64,000 nt of DNA from assembly GCA_951406725.2 (NCBI GenBank), contig OX597824.1:31992001-32056000 (forward strand). Reading direction: 5' to 3'. The notes under the pieces are model-generated. The model saw nothing but the letters and a program-made list of their open reading frames with translations. It ran no database searches and was not told the origin of the DNA. Source of the DNA: Octopus vulgaris. Lineage: Eukaryota. Shown here piece after piece: positions 1-14,080 of this stretch; within the stretch, counting starts at the first letter, position 1; every line of letters starts with the position of its first letter. A program made the translations under genes and the position numbers.

Positions 1-142
1 TTTTTTATGTTCTCTTTCTCTTTTTGTTCGTGTTTCTTTGATGTCCTGTACCCATATATGCATGTATGTATACATATGTATGTAGGTATGTACATATATG
101 TATGTATGCATATACTTATATAATATTTATATATATATGTAA

Positions 143-183
<41 letters not shown>

Positions 184-247
184 TCCCGGGTTGATTCGGG
201 GTTAACCACAGTAAGTAAGGTACTCAATACATAGCAGAGTAAAATTA

Positions 248-372
248 ATTTATTATATAGAAGGAGTTCTACAGGACTAGTACTGTTTCATTCAAGAGAA
301 ATCTTCAGGAAGCTTCCTGAAGATTTCTCTTGAATGAAACAGTACTAGTCCTGTAGAAGCTCCTTCTATATA

Positions 373-378
<6 letters not shown>
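248..378. repeat. Near-perfect ~130-bp palindrome, Penelope-like terminus with hammerhead-like core
   Basis: Arms are symmetric about aagctt at 310-315; contains CTGAAGA...GAAAC AGTACT AGTC. Confidence 0.75.
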
Positions 379-421
<43 letters not shown>

Positions 422-632
422 AATAAGTCCTGAGGTCAATTTTTTTTTATTAAAGGCGGTGCTCCAGTATGGCTGCAATGAAATGACTGAAAGAAATAAT
501 ACATATATATACACATATACACATATATATATAAATATACATATAAATATATATATACATATATATATATATAAATATATATATACACATAAATATAATA
601 TATATACATAATATATATATATATATATATAT

Positions 633-2892
633 GCAATCAAGCCCTATGCATAGCACTCGTGGAAACTCACCTCAGCCCTGATATAGAGTACGCAGAAGTA
701 CACATACCAAACTATGCCATACTGCAAACAGACAGAAGGGAAAGGAGCCATGGTGGAGTTGCTGTATACATTCGAGATGACCTCACACCCCAGGTCTTAA
801 TGACATACTCAAATTCGGTATGTGACACTTTAATTGTATACATAAGACAACATAATATAGTCATATGCAATACATATTGCCCACCGGATGCCCCATATCA
901 CATAGGCAAGTTTGAAGATTGCCTCACAAGAATTAAAGAAATACTCATGAATCTGGAACACCACGTGAGCATATTTCTTATGGGTAATTTCAACTTCCCC
1001 AACGTCAAATGGCCCGAAGGTCTCATACTCTCAGGAATGAATCATTGCAAGCAAGTACAGGTGGAGTCCCTGCTCAACCTCACCAACGCCTTATTCATGG
1101 AGCAAGTTGTACTCAAACCAACTAGGGTGAATAACATTCTGGATCTCTGCTTCACGAACAATATGGACATCATTCATGATGTGAAAGTGACACCGACATT
1201 AGTTTCAGATCACAACATAATAGAGCTGTCTATGTTTGGGCCAAAAGTAACCAGAGACATACAGCCTCTAGGAAGCACCCGAAATCTCTCCAATCTGAAC
1301 TTCCACAAAGCAGATTGGAAATCGATCCAAAAAGAGATCCTCAGAGAGGACTGGCCGGAATGTCTCTCCACACCAGACATTGACACAAAACTAGAATGTT
1401 TCATGTCTTCTGTGCAAGCCGTATGCCAGAAATATGTCCCAGAGCACAAGGCCGAAACAAATAGGAGCAAGATTCCAAGAGATAGGAAGATCCTCATGAG
1501 ACGACGGACGAAGGTTGCAAATCGTCTCAACCAACATCCCAAAACTAGCGAAACGTCCTGCCTAAAAACAACACTGATGGAGATCGAAAAAGGCTACAAC
1601 AATCCTATGTGAGGGAGAAAGCAGACAAAAAAGCCTGGGTTATAAAAAACATTAAATCAAACCCAAAGGCCTTCTTTCATTACGCGAAAGAAACAGTCTC
1701 AGTGCACTACAAGATAGGACCCCTCCTCCAAAAGGATGGCTCCCTCACAGACAGTCCAACTAAGATCAGTGAGATGCTGAATTACCAGTTCAAAAGTGTC
1801 TTTACCACCCCGTTGGAACACAGACAAGTGAACGAACCAGTGGACTTCTTTGCCGCCTCACCTATAACCAGCGAGGCGGTTACAATAGAATGTATTGACA
1901 TTAGCGAAGATGTCCTACTAGCCATAGATGAAGTGGACACAAACTCAACTGCTGGTCCAGTTGGTTTCCCAGCAATCCTCCTCAAAGCGAGTAAGCATGC
2001 CCTGGCAAAACCCCTCAAGATTCTCTTCCAGAGCTTTCTTGCGAATAGCAAACTGCCAAGCAAGCTGAAGGAGGGAATAATATGCCCAATACATAAAGGG
2101 GGAAGTAGAGCAGATGCCAAAAACTATAGGCCTATCTCTCTGACTTCACACATCAGCAAAGTCATGGAACGGATAGTCAGAAAAAAACTAATCGCATTCC
2201 TTGAGGAAAATAACTTGCTGAGTGATACCCAGCATGGTTTTCGACCAGGTAGGAGCTGCCTGACCCAGCTCTTACAACATTATGACTGGGTGTTGAGGCA
2301 GTTACTCAACAAATCAAATGTGGACGTAATCTACCTTGATTTTGCAAAAGCTTTTGACAAGGTGGATTATGGTATGATATGCCACAAACTGTGTGACCTC
2401 GGCATAGCTGGAAAACTTGGAGTGTGGTTGCATGACTTCCTGAAAGATAGGAGTCAGGCAGTAGTGGTTAATGGAGCCACCTCTATGAACACACAAATAG
2501 TGAGCGGTGTCCCACAGGGCATTGTCTTGGGACCACTGCTTTTTATAGTGGCCCTCTCAGATATGCCCTCAAATGCCCGGATAGCCACTCTGGCAAGCTA
2601 TGCAGACGATACGAAAGTCTCACAGAAAATACAGAACCCCAGCGATGTTGCACACCTGCAGCAGGAGTTGGACTCAATCTACAGATGGGCTGAGGATAAT
2701 AATATGCAGTTTAATGCTGAAAAATTCCAGGCCCTGTGCTACCAGCATCCAAAACTGAATATTAAACTTAGAGGATACACCGGTCCACAGGGAATTTCAA
2801 TCCCAGAGCCTAAGTCTGTGAGGGACCTGGGTATCGACATGAGTGATGATACTCTTTCCAAGTGCACATTACCAGGATGGCGACAAAGTGCC
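633..2892 (+). mobile_element. CR1/L2-group LINE ORF2 (APE endonuclease + reverse transcriptase), frameshifted and truncated
   Basis: ORFs 659-1612 (DRxxRxHGGVAVY, GNFNFP, LDLCF, SDH) and 1609 onward ([39 protein letters not shown]); both ends abut (TA)n tracts. Confidence 0.92.
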
Positions 2893-2924
2893 ATATATAT
2901 ATATATACATATATATATATACAT

Positions 2925-2995
<71 letters not shown>

Positions 2996-3015
2996 ACAAA
3001 GTGCCATATATATAT

Positions 3016-3087
<72 letters not shown>

Positions 3088-3790
3088 GTATATTTATGTG
3101 TGGATATATAGGTATATAAGTACGTATGTATGTGTCTATATATATATATAGGTTCTTGTCGGTTTATAATAAATAAGCATGTATACACCGACAAGATATA
3201 TAAACTTTGTAACTTTTGCTAAATCACATATGTTTTAGGGGTATATATAGATATAATAATGAATAACTCCAGTTTCTTTTTTAAAAATAACTCTACATTT
3301 GTTCTGGTATTTGGATGAATTATTTGCTTGGATTGGGTTTTTGTAGAATTTGAGCTGTGGGCGTGCATGTGTACCTGTAATTCTGTCTGTGTGTATGTCG
3401 GCGTATATTCATGTTTTTGTGGGTGAATTTGCGTGTGTGTGTGTGTGTGTGTATGTGTGTGCGGGTGTATATATGTATGTGTATGTGTGTGTGTGTGTAT
3501 GTATGTATTGGTGCGGTTTTCCAAACCTGTATGTATTTGTTGATGTTGTGTGTGTGCGTGTGCATATGGATGTGTATTCGCGTTTTCTTATGGAGTGTAT
3601 TTGTAAGTGGGAGGATGTGTACGTGTGTCTGTTCTTGTAGGGTGTATTTGGGTACTTGAGTGTGTGTGTGCCTGTATGTATGTATTAGATTTGGGTTTGT
3701 AGGTGTGTGTCTGTTGCTTATGTGTGTATTTGTGTGTAGGTGTTTGGGTGTAGAAGTGCATATGTGTGAGTCTTTGTACAAGTGTTATTG
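2893..3790. repeat. (TA)n microsatellite followed by degenerate (GT)-rich low-complexity tract
   Basis: Seen directly; source of the spurious YI/HT/CV-rich ORFs. Confidence 0.9.
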
Positions 3791-3976
3791 TCGGTGTGTG
3801 CGGGGAATAAGCATGTACACACCGATAAGATGTGAATTGCATAACATTTGATAGATTATATATCGTGATTGAGGGTGCATAGTCGTAGTAATGAGTAGCT
3901 CCGGTTTCTTATCGGATAATGACCTTGTATTTGTTTTGTATATGGATGTGTAATTTGCTGGGATAGGGTTTATACC

Positions 3977-6900
3977 AGGGGCGTGCACTCTCAACTATGC
4001 GCTGCATGCCTTCTTTGTTTCAAAGAAAATACGTCCAGTTGTTTTAGAAATATTTTGTCTCCTCTTCCTCTCCCTCAGTGACTCGTACTTTTGCTTTGAT
4101 AAACGCTTTGAGAAGATCGCATGACACCCACTCCCTCTCTGCCTGTATTAGTTTTTCCTTCCTTCCCCTCTCTCTTAGTGACTTGTTTAAAAGATATGCT
4201 AGGAGGAATGGTCACCCCCTTCTCTCTCAGTGATTCGTCAAATTCAGTAAGGCGTGTCATGCTCTGAGAAGACCGCATGTCACGCCCCTCTGTCTATTTT
4301 GACCGGAACAAGAGCAAGCCCATAATTCTTGAGTTAGCCAGCTGAATTGTTGGAAAAGTTTGGCATGTAAGTTTGGATTCTTTTATCCAAAACATCCGTT
4401 TGCACTATTATATTTTTGGAGTGTTTTGTAAACAAAAATATAATCTATATTATATTTCTTATTTCAGAAATAGCTAATTAATCTTAAATTAATTTAACAA
4501 AGGGTATTTTTCCGTTTTGTTGAAATTGACTTACAATTTACGCCGGCGCTTCCATGTGGGTCCTTATATAAGAGCAGCCTTTTTCAAAATGAGTGAAATG
4601 TGTGTTATAAACGATATTTTGAGAAATAGTTTTTCGAAAAGAGACTTTGATGGAAATTAATTAATTATAAATGGTGGGAGACCAACACCGAATTTACCTA
4701 ATTTGCGAAGCTACAAGAAATTCACGAGACAATTTCAGGTTAATTCGTATGAAAAGAAGAAATGGTTAACTGGAAGTGTTGCTCTTAATAAATTATTCTG
4801 TTGGCCGTGTTTACTTTTTGGCTTAGAAAAAAATGTTTGGAATGATAAAGGCTATGATGATTTAAATAATTTACATATGGCTATGCTAAAGCACGAGCGT
4901 TCTCAAAGGCATATAAAATGTTTGATAGACCTTAAAATATTCGGGAATGTTCGCATAGACGTACAATTAGATGCACGTAAAAATCAAAGCATACATCATA
5001 ATGAGAAAGTTAGACGAAACAGATCCATTCTGCAACGATTGATCGATGTTGTTATTTTTTTAGGCCTCCAGGAATTATCGTGTCGGGGTCATTTTGAATC
5101 TGAAAGCTCTAATAATCGTGCAAATTATAAAGAACTCGTTTATTTGATCAGTAAATATGACAAAAAAATGGAAAGTCATCTAGATACAGCTTCTATCTTC
5201 ACTGGTCTGTCGAACAGAATTCAAAATGACTTGATCGAAGCAATTCATAAAGTTATGTTGAATGAGATGCAGAAGGAAATTGACCAAGCTAAGTTTGTTT
5301 CTATTCTTGTTGATGAGACATCTGATGTCTCAGCATCTTCACAACTGTCAACAGTTTTACGTTATGTTACAGAAGACTGTGTGACAAAAGAATGATTTAT
5401 CGGTTTTAGTGATGTTAGTGCAGATCGATCTGCAAATGCTTTATCTGAACATGTTTTTAAATGCATTGAGACGTGGGAATGTGGAAACAAATTGATTGCA
5501 CAGACATATGATGGTGACGCTACAATGGCAGGACAACTAAATGGGTTACAGGCAAAAGTAAGAAAGAAATATGAATGTGCGATCTTTATTCGTTGTTGTG
5601 CCCATATCCTAAATTTAGTTCTTTCACAATCATGCTCTGCTATGAAAGAATGCAAGATATTTTTTCTACAATTAAAGGACTCGGTACATTTTTTTACGAA
5701 ATCACCGAAAAGGGCTAATGCATTAGATAACATTGTTAAAAAAAGATTTCCGAAAGCAACAGCAACTAGATGGAATTACTCCTCACGTCTTATTATTACC
5801 ACAAAGGAAAATTATAATTTCATAATCAGCCTTTTTGAACACATCATTGAAAATCCTGAAGCATGGGATGATACCACCATAAATTCAGCAATTGGATTCT
5901 TACACACTTTAAAAGCTCCTGATGTCTTATTTTTGTTAGAAGTATTCAGTGACATTTTTTCTTTTACTGACGTTTTATTTCACATACTCCAGAGTAAAAG
6001 TCATGACATAGTGTATTGTAAAGAGCAAATAGATAAAACTAGAACTGTACTCGAAAACAAACTTGATAATTTTTCAATCTTTTATGATAGGTTAGGGGAA
6101 AAATATGGAGCCGATGCAGGAATCGGAATTCAGAGATCCAAGAATATATCTATTGATCCCCAACGACATTATAGAATGCTTTATAACAAAATTATCAGTA
6201 CAATAGTTAACCAAATAAAAGCACAATATTCATCTTTAGAAGAGTTTAATTTCATGAAACTTTTGAATTTCAACAAAGTTGATGAGTATTGCAAACAATT
6301 TCCTGTGGACTCTTTAGATTCTTTAAGAACAACTTATGGCAGATTTTTTTATGTAAGCTCAATGTGATGTATTCAATGAACGATTTTAAAAAACCAAGTG
6401 TAAGTCATTTAATGAGTTACATTAACAGCAGTGATCTTGTTGAAGCTATGCCAGAACTCTTCAATCTGTGCAAGTTGATTTTGACAATTCCGTCAACCAC
6501 TGCTTCTGTAGAGTGATCCTTTTCTGCATTAAGTAGAATTAAAACATACCAAAGAAATGCGACAGGAGAAAGAAGACTGTCTGGGTTAGCACTAATGTCA
6601 ATTGAAAAAGATTTATTACAAGAATTGATGAAAAGAGAAGATTTCTATGAAAATGTGATAGATATATTTGCCCAGAAAGATCGAAGAATTGAATTAATTT
6701 ATAAATGAGGTAAATAACATTTTAAAACATTAAAAAAAATTAATATATTAAAGAGCATATATTACAGGTTTTGCTTAGTGTTTGTTATAACGAAAGGTTC
6801 AACCTTCTTACATCAGTATTGTTTCGCAGGAGAAATGTTTCGATTTCTTCGTCAAACCTAACCTACATAGATTTCCCTTTCTGTGCTGCTAGGTGTAGTC

Positions 6901-7633
6901 TATTTACGGCCGTAAATAAGTGTCTTGTTTCAATCTCAGAGATGTTGACTTCTGCCACAACAGTTTTGGGAGACTTTTTACAATGTTGAATTATCGCTGT
7001 CTATGCATGTATTTTCAATGTGTGTGCGTGAGACGTAGTCCTTTAACGTACGGAGTTCAGTAAGTCTCAGAACAGTCAATAATTTTCTCGGAATTAACAA
7101 GTAGAATGATAAAGCACCTGACTTGTCTTCGAGCGCGTAACGATCTAAAACCATGGCCATATAATGTAACTAAATGTGTTCTTTTAATTAAATCATTTCA
7201 TTCGGCTCAACCAATAGGTATAGGGGCTAATGCAGAATCGCACCTCTTTGAAAAATGAATTTTTGTGAAAAAAATTTTTCGGATTCCTACCTTTAACAGA
7301 GATTCTGAATATGCAAAAATATTGACAGAATCCAATTTCATCTTTATTACATTTCACTTATGATTTTTAGACTTTTCTAAGGGAGAATGAGGATGGGAAA
7401 GTACTGACGTTTCGAAGAGCAAGGAATAATACAAACAATGCACTTATTTCAGGCTCATCTCTACACAGCCATTTTTTATTCCCTGTTTATTCTGCATATT
7501 CAGAATCTCTTATATGTAAATTGTAGGAATACGAAAATGTTTTACTGAAAAATTGCCGGTGGGGGTGGGGGTGGGGGGTGGGGGCAATGAAATTCATTGC
7601 ATGCCCAATGCCGGAAGTCACCGCACGCCACTG
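3977..7633 (+). mobile_element. hAT DNA transposon containing the above transposase
   Basis: Right terminus ...gtcaccgcacgccactg ends at 7633 (reverse complement CAGTGGCGTGC); left terminus tentatively caggggcgtgc at 3977; TSD not convincing. Confidence 0.5.
4589..6708 (+). pseudogene. hAT-superfamily (ZMYM1-like/TTF-type) transposase, disrupted
   Basis: WLTGS..KLFCWPCLLF, KHERSQRH, RGHFES, FVSILVDETSDVS, QTYDGDATMAG, CCAHILNLVL, TRWN, LTIPSTTASVE*SFSAL (hATC dimerisation region); internal stops at 5393 and 6514 plus frameshifts. Confidence 0.9.
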
Positions 7634-7644
7634 ATGTATATATA

Positions 7645-8022
7645 TCATCATCTTCATCGTTTAACGTTCGCTTTCCATGCTAGCATGAGTTGGACGATTT
7701 GACTGAGGAGTGGCGAACCAGATGGCTGCACCAGGCTCCAATTTGATCTGGCAGAGTTTCTACAGCTGGATGACCTTCCTAACGCCAACCACTCCGAGAG
7801 TGTACTGGGTGCTTTTACGTGCCACCTACAGTGGGGCCAGTCAGGCGGTACTGGCAACGGCCACGCCCAAATGGTGTTTTTTACGTGCCACCTGCACAAG
7901 AGCCAGGCCAGCAGCATTGGCAATGACCTCGCTCGAATGTTTTTTCCCTTGCCACCGGCACAAGTGCCAGTAAGGCGACGCTGGTAATTAATGATCATGC
8001 TCAAATAGTGCTTTTTACGTGC
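7645..8022 (-). mobile_element. SINE family C (gtggcacgtaaaaagcacc internal repeats, (gat)n tail)
   Basis: Homologous to copies at 35285, 37483, 38400, 40340, 45650, 57635. Confidence 0.8.
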
Positions 8023-9269
8023 CGAGATGTGCCATATCAATTCGATATAATGTAGCCCACTACAGAATGTAGCGTGTAGATGTAACGCTTGAAGGTTCTC
8101 GCGTCAGAATACCAGTAAACATCGAAGAATCAACACCAAGAAGGAAGAAATATTATTTACATATATTTATGCGTTTGCCCAACAGGTAGTTAAAGAGTCA
8201 GTAGCAATTCTATTGTTAGTAACAACAAGGATATGGTTGTCTGTCAGTAGAGAGTGAAAGCGTAAGGAATGCACGCTGCTAACAAGAAAGGAAGAAAGGA
8301 TAGAGGTGGCATCGTCTTTCTTGCGGCCGAGGAAAGTGCTGCTCTTGGTCATGGCTGACGCATAAGAGAAAGAGATAGGAAATTCTCTCTGTTATATAGA
8401 CTATGGTCAGTAAAGTAGGTCAAACCTTAATCAAAGAACTGACGTTTCCTTGACTAGTACAGTTTCTAGGGGTTCGAGTGTTTCCTCATCAATCATCTGG
8501 TGTGGAGAGGATTTTCCGCTCGTTTTGACAAGCAACAAGCGGGTGCATTTGGTTTCAAATCTCAGGCAGGGTCAATCTAGATCCCTAGATATATATAAAC
8601 TGAAAGGACATAACTCTTCCTGATTTAGTTTGTCAGAACAGGCTACTAAATTATTGATAGTCAACCGACCAACGATTGTTCTCGCCATTTATCGATTTTT
8701 TCAGTTGTATGGATAAGTAATTTAGAATAATTGCTTGCAGATGGATCACAAATATAACACACAAGCCACATAATCACAGACATCTAAATGCAAGATGTAA
8801 CTTTAAATTAAATATGTTTCATTATGACTGTAGTGATTCTTCGTTTCTGCTTTAGTAGCAACTTTATATTTCTAAACAACCGATATCAGAAAATTATTTT
8901 AGTTATTCTTAGAATTTCAATGAATTAAAGACTATCAAATTTCGAATATGCTGTAACTGTAAAAAATACCACATATGCTTTTTATTGGTTTGATATATTA
9001 GTAGCATGAACTAAAAACTTATGCTTATTTTCCCAGAAGACAAAAATGAAATCTAAAATGGGTGCATTGCCTTTGAATTTAATTTTCTGGTTATTCTGTA
9101 ATCGCCACTTTATTCCACTGTTAAAACTATTTTGCTTCCAGTTTTGTTTCACTAAATTGGGAATAGTTTAATTGCATATCTTTATATACTCAAATTGCAT
9201 ATCTTTATATGCTACAGTCTCTAGGGCAAATATTTGTCTTAACACAAATTTTCTTCATTGATGCTAAAT

Positions 9270-11320
9270 AAAGTTACCGCAAAATAAGATAAATTCTGAC
9301 TGGAACTGTTACCATGATGAGTCACGACGCCCAAACTGGTTTGAATTTTACGATTCTGGGGACGTCAATATTATTTTTCGAAATATCCTCAGTGCAATCT
9401 GGGCGGCATGTAAAACATCAGTACCGCGCAAACGCTCTAAAAATAAATTAATAAAAAAAGTGCAGTTCGACTAGCCAGGAAAGATCGTCGTGATGCTGAA
9501 CAGAAATATAGACAGCATAGAACAGATGAGAACAGAAGAAGATGCAATAGGTCATTCAACCATCTCAAGCAAGTGACAAAAAAAGGCAGTACTTGAGTTT
9601 AAACAACGTATAACAACCAGCCCTGACAGCAAAGTGTTCTGGAAATATGTATGTTCGAAGCAGAGACCTCACTCTCCAGTTGGTCCTCTTTACAAACCCC
9701 ACACAGATCGGATCACTGATGACCCCCAAGGAATGTGCTGAGCTTTTTGCTGAATGCTATGCTGGCATTTTTTGCTGTTGAAAATTCAAATGTATCTTAT
9801 TCACCAACTCTGACATCAAATTCCATAACATCTGTGAAATTCACATCCGCAATGCTGCGACGCCACCTCAAGCATAAGCGCAACTATGCTTCTGCTGGTA
9901 CTGATGATGTTACTTATTTGCTTTTCAAACGTAACGGATTTTTTCTTTTTGCCAGCTTTCATTCTTCTTTCAATTCTTCCTTAACAGCTGTGTCACTCCT
10001 GAGTACTGGAAAATTGCTAGTATCATTCCCCTGTTCAAAAAAGGTGATCGCACATCACCTGTCAACTACCGTCCTGCCAACTTTACAAGCTGCATCGCCA
10101 AACTGATGGAGTATTATGTCAGGAAAACGCTCTGGAACTTTTGGAGCTCTCACAGCCTTATTCGACCCTTATAATTTGGATTTATCCCTAACTCCAGCTG
10201 CTGTAGTCAACTCATCGAGTTTCTTGAGGACATCATCCAAGTTACTGATGGTGGCTCATGGGTAGATATTATCTACCTTCACTGCAAAAGTCTTCAATTC
10301 TGTGCCACACAAACGACTAATGGCAAACTCTCTGTAATGGGCGTAAAAGATGATCTCTATAACTGGCTGATACCCTTCATTTACGGTCGGAAAGAGGGGG
10401 TCACGGTTCTAGGGCGTCATTCTTCACCTTACAAGATGACGTCTAGTGTACCACAAGAATCCGTTCTTGCACACCTACTGTTTGTTTCTTATATTAATGA
10501 TATAGATGCCAACTTGAGGGATGTTAAAGTGTTGAAATATGTAGATGACATCAAGCTGTACCTTGTAATAAAAAGAAAAGATCTATGCGCCATAGATCTT
10601 TCCTGCAATCAGACCTGGACACAATGCAGCAATGGATCTCTGACTGACAACTCAAGCTAGCTGTGGACAAGTGCGTCACCATGCATTTTGGGAGAAAAAA
10701 ACCCAGCCTTTACATACTCCCTCGGCAACACCAATCTCATGAAATCTTATAGTCGATGTGATCTAGATATTATTGTAAACAGCGATCTGTGTTGGACAAA
10801 TAACATCTCTAAGACTGTCAAAAAGGTTGAGTGTCTTAGCATCACACAGTAGGACCTTTGTCAGCCGCTCTCCAGCTATCTATTTAAAATTGTATATGAC
10901 AATGGTACGTCCACACTTAGAATTTGCATCATCAGTCTGGAACCCCTATCTTGCTCAGCATATAAATCTCCTGGAAACTGTTCAGAAACAAAACGAATAC
11001 CCGCCGTCAAGCATTTACCATACTCTGAACGTCTTACTTCCCTGGGCATGGACACATTGAATCTCAGACGTCTGGCAACTAACCTGGTAGGCACCCACAA
11101 GATTATTTATCATCATTCCAATAACAACCTTGGACACCTTTTTGAATTCCGTATGACGAACACTCGCGGCCATACTTACAAAATCAAAAATCAACACAGC
11201 GCCCATGACTTTCGGAAACGTTTTTTTTTTCACATTCAGAATTATTGAAGTATGGAATAAACTATCGCATCAGTCGTTAGCTATCGAGACACTACATCCT
11301 TCAAAATTTCCATGCTTATA
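9270..11320 (+). mobile_element. Heavily decayed CR1-like LINE ORF2
   Basis: Fragments FWKYV, NYRP, SSVPQESVL, YVDDIKLY, MVRPHLEFASSVWNPY, TRGHTYK; many stops and frameshifts. Confidence 0.85.
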
Positions 11321-11559
11321 TATACGAGCAAAACGCCCCCCGTCCAATGGACGGTGGTGAGTTGTCAAACATTTAAACCAAATTTTCTCAAAACAGCTTG
11401 TCCGACTGTCCCATAGGCCTCCCCTTTGAGAAACACTGATTTAACCTAAATTTGAGACACCAGCAAAAGAAGAAATAAAGATAGACTTTTTTCTATTCCA
11501 AAGAGAAACGATTTTATTCACACAAATATGCAACCGAAGAGTTTAAAATACCAGTAATG

Positions 11560-11599
<40 letters not shown>

Positions 11600-11611
<12 letters not shown>

Positions 11612-11775
11612 ATCCAAACAAAGAACAACAAACAAGAAAAAACAACAACACGGGGACGCTCAGGAAAGGAAAGAGGATTTTATGTTTCGAGCAAAGCTCT
11701 TCCTCAGAAAGTCCAAAAGAAGGGAAGACGGAGGAAGAAAATCACCAACGATACACATGTGGTTACATTTTGAAA
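11600..11775 (-). mobile_element. Penelope-like terminal repeat fragment with hammerhead-like motif
   Basis: Homologous to 33083-33550 and 60300-60426; minus strand reads CTGAGGA-A-GAGC-TTT-GCTC-GAAAC. Confidence 0.6.
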
Positions 11776-12588
11776 TATATATATATATATATATAGCAAC
11801 CGAAATCTACCGTATTTATTTCTTTTATAAGTCGCACAACTTTCCATTTGATTTTATTTGGAAAAAAAAATAGGGCGCGACTTAAACACGGGGCTAATTT
11901 GATATCAAGTTTGAATATGAAGGGGAGATTATCTTTATTTTTCATTTAATTTAATTTTATTTGTATCATGATTTAACCGTAAACAAGGGCTGCGTCTTAA
12001 AACACGAATAAATGAAGTAGATTTCGATTACATGGTGACTGAACATAATTTTATTGTTTTCTTCTGTGATTATTACTGAATTTATATTTTATGGTAATTT
12101 TATTTAGCGTCAATGAAGAAATCCTGTTTTATGACAAATATTTGACCTTAAAAGTCAATAGTTTGTCCATTCAACATATTCAGAATTTATTTAAGACAGA
12201 AATGAAAGTAAAATTTTTCTAAGTATTCGTCAGTGAAATAAAATGGCGATAATAGTTTGAAGAATTAACAAATTAAGTACAAAGGAAATACACCCATTTT
12301 AAATTTTATTTTTGTCCTCTGGGAAAAATAAGCAATTTTCTAGTTTATGTTAATAATATATTAGACAAAGGATGAAATTTAGTATAAATCTATATATACA
12401 ACCATTTATGTAAAAATGCGAAAGAAAACTAGATTTTAAGAGGATATAATTATATGTCAAGCAAGCTGGTATGCAGTTTGTCGTAAACAAGATATTTTGG
12501 GGCGCAATTAATATTTTTTTTATGATGCAGTTATTGTTGTTCATATATTCTGGCGTCATTGAACTTTATTTTATTGTTTTCATTAATT

Positions 12589-13003
12589 GGATCTTTTCGG
12601 TTTGAACGGTAGTTTTTTTAAATAATTCCCACGTAACCAAACACTTTTAAACTTCGTATACTGATAGAATGTGTTTATAAAACATCTTTTTCTCATGGAT
12701 TTAATGGGAAAATTCTATATTTGTTAGATATTTGTTGTTTTTTTCTTCAGTTTTTGCAATTTCAACCAATCAATGATGTCTATTGAGGTGAAAACATTCT
12801 GTGCCGTATGAATATGTCCCTCGTTTAAGAAACAGACTGGGTTTATTTACATTTGTGAAGAAAAAAAGATACCCTTCCCCCTACCCCTAATCCTAACCCT
12901 AAAACAGATTGAAATGCAATAGATCGATACCAGGGTCATAATTATGGGTGACAATTTCATATGACACCGCTAGAAAAAACTGCCGTTCAAACCGAAAAGA
13001 TCC
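12589..13003. mobile_element. MITE family M1 (~400 bp; TIR ggatcttttcggtttgaacgg)
   Basis: TIRs at both ends; closely similar to 19466, 28239 and 31519 copies. Confidence 0.9.
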
Positions 13004-13205
13004 TATATTGGCCCCAGTGTTCGACTTGTACTAAATTTATCAATCCCGAAAGGAAGAAAGATAAAGTCGAGCTCGGCAGAATTTGAACTCTAAACGTAAC
13101 GACAGACGAAATGTCGCCAAGCATTTTTGTGGCGCCGTAATGATCTTGTCAGCTCGTCGACTTAAAACAACTACTACTACAACTACTGCTAATGATGATG
13201 ATGCT

Positions 13206-13510
13206 CTTTTATTAACCACTAAGGGCTCATAAAAACATTAGGGGCGGTATTGGACAATACAATGTGAGGCTACATAAAAAGCGTGTAAAAAGAATAAAAG
13301 AAACTAACAATAAATTTATAATAATGACTAGTTATCTAAAAGGTGGAGGCTTCCTAGGAGACCCCACAAAACCACGGTCTCCCTGACCACTAGGCTAGTG
13401 TAATCGTCCTCCTTTAACCTACAGGTGCATGCTTAGCGTAGGCCGCTCACTCAGGCCATTCTTGTTACATTCACCCATTTTCTAGCAAAATCGTTGGGTG
13501 ACAACAAATT
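13206..13510 (-). mobile_element. 3' end of a Tx1/L1-like LINE (ORF2 C-terminus plus 3'UTR)
   Basis: Minus strand encodes ..LSPNDFARKWVNVTRMA (FxxxW terminus typical of Tx1 ORF2), then a tail ending gcccttagtggttaataaaa. Confidence 0.5.
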
Positions 13511-13837
13511 CAACATCAAAACTGAAACACAAACGGGGGAGGATCGTATCTGTTCCCCACTGGTTTCGTTTCTTTATAATTTTCTGGAAAATACGTAATT
13601 TTTTTAATGAAATCTTCCAGAAGTATATTTTAAATGGCGTAGATTAGGGTTATACCTGAATTTATTGTGGACAGTTTTTTTGGAAGGGATGGAGAGGAGT
13701 TTCGGATAATAGTGGCGGTTCCAGCGCATCTCCCTCGCCATATTGCGAGGCAACGCCTTTTCCATGAGATCATGAAGCGAACTGACAAGCCTTTCTAAAT
13801 ACTACTGTTTTATTTTATTTAGTTAGTTATTTAGTTA

Positions 13838-14080
13838 TGCGCCCTTTTCGAGCCTAGCCAGGCTCATGGGCCCCAGCTGGACGGGACGCCAGTCCATCGC
13901 GGGAAGAAAGAGCGAGAGAAAGTTGGGGCGAAAGAGTACAACAGGGGTCGCCGCCACCCCCTGCCGGAGCCTCGTGGAGCTTTGGGTGTTTTCGCTCAAT
14001 AAACACAAACACACAACGCCCGGTCTGGGAATCGAAACCGCAATCCTCCGACCGCTGCTCTAACCACTGTGCCATTGCGT
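13838..14080 (-). mobile_element. tRNA-derived SINE family D
   Basis: A/B-box-like head (tggcacagtggtta...ggtttcgattccc); homologous to 47535-47817. Confidence 0.75.

Noticed and set aside
305-656. YI/IY-rich ORFs here and at 2739-3851, 14212-14839, 29728-30096 and 32087-32615
   Set aside because: Translations of (TA)n/(CA)n microsatellites, which lack stop codons; not proteins.
4589-6708. Possible domesticated ZMYM1-like host gene
   Set aside because: Contains in-frame stops and frameshifts and has a transposon terminus nearby; a dead hAT copy.
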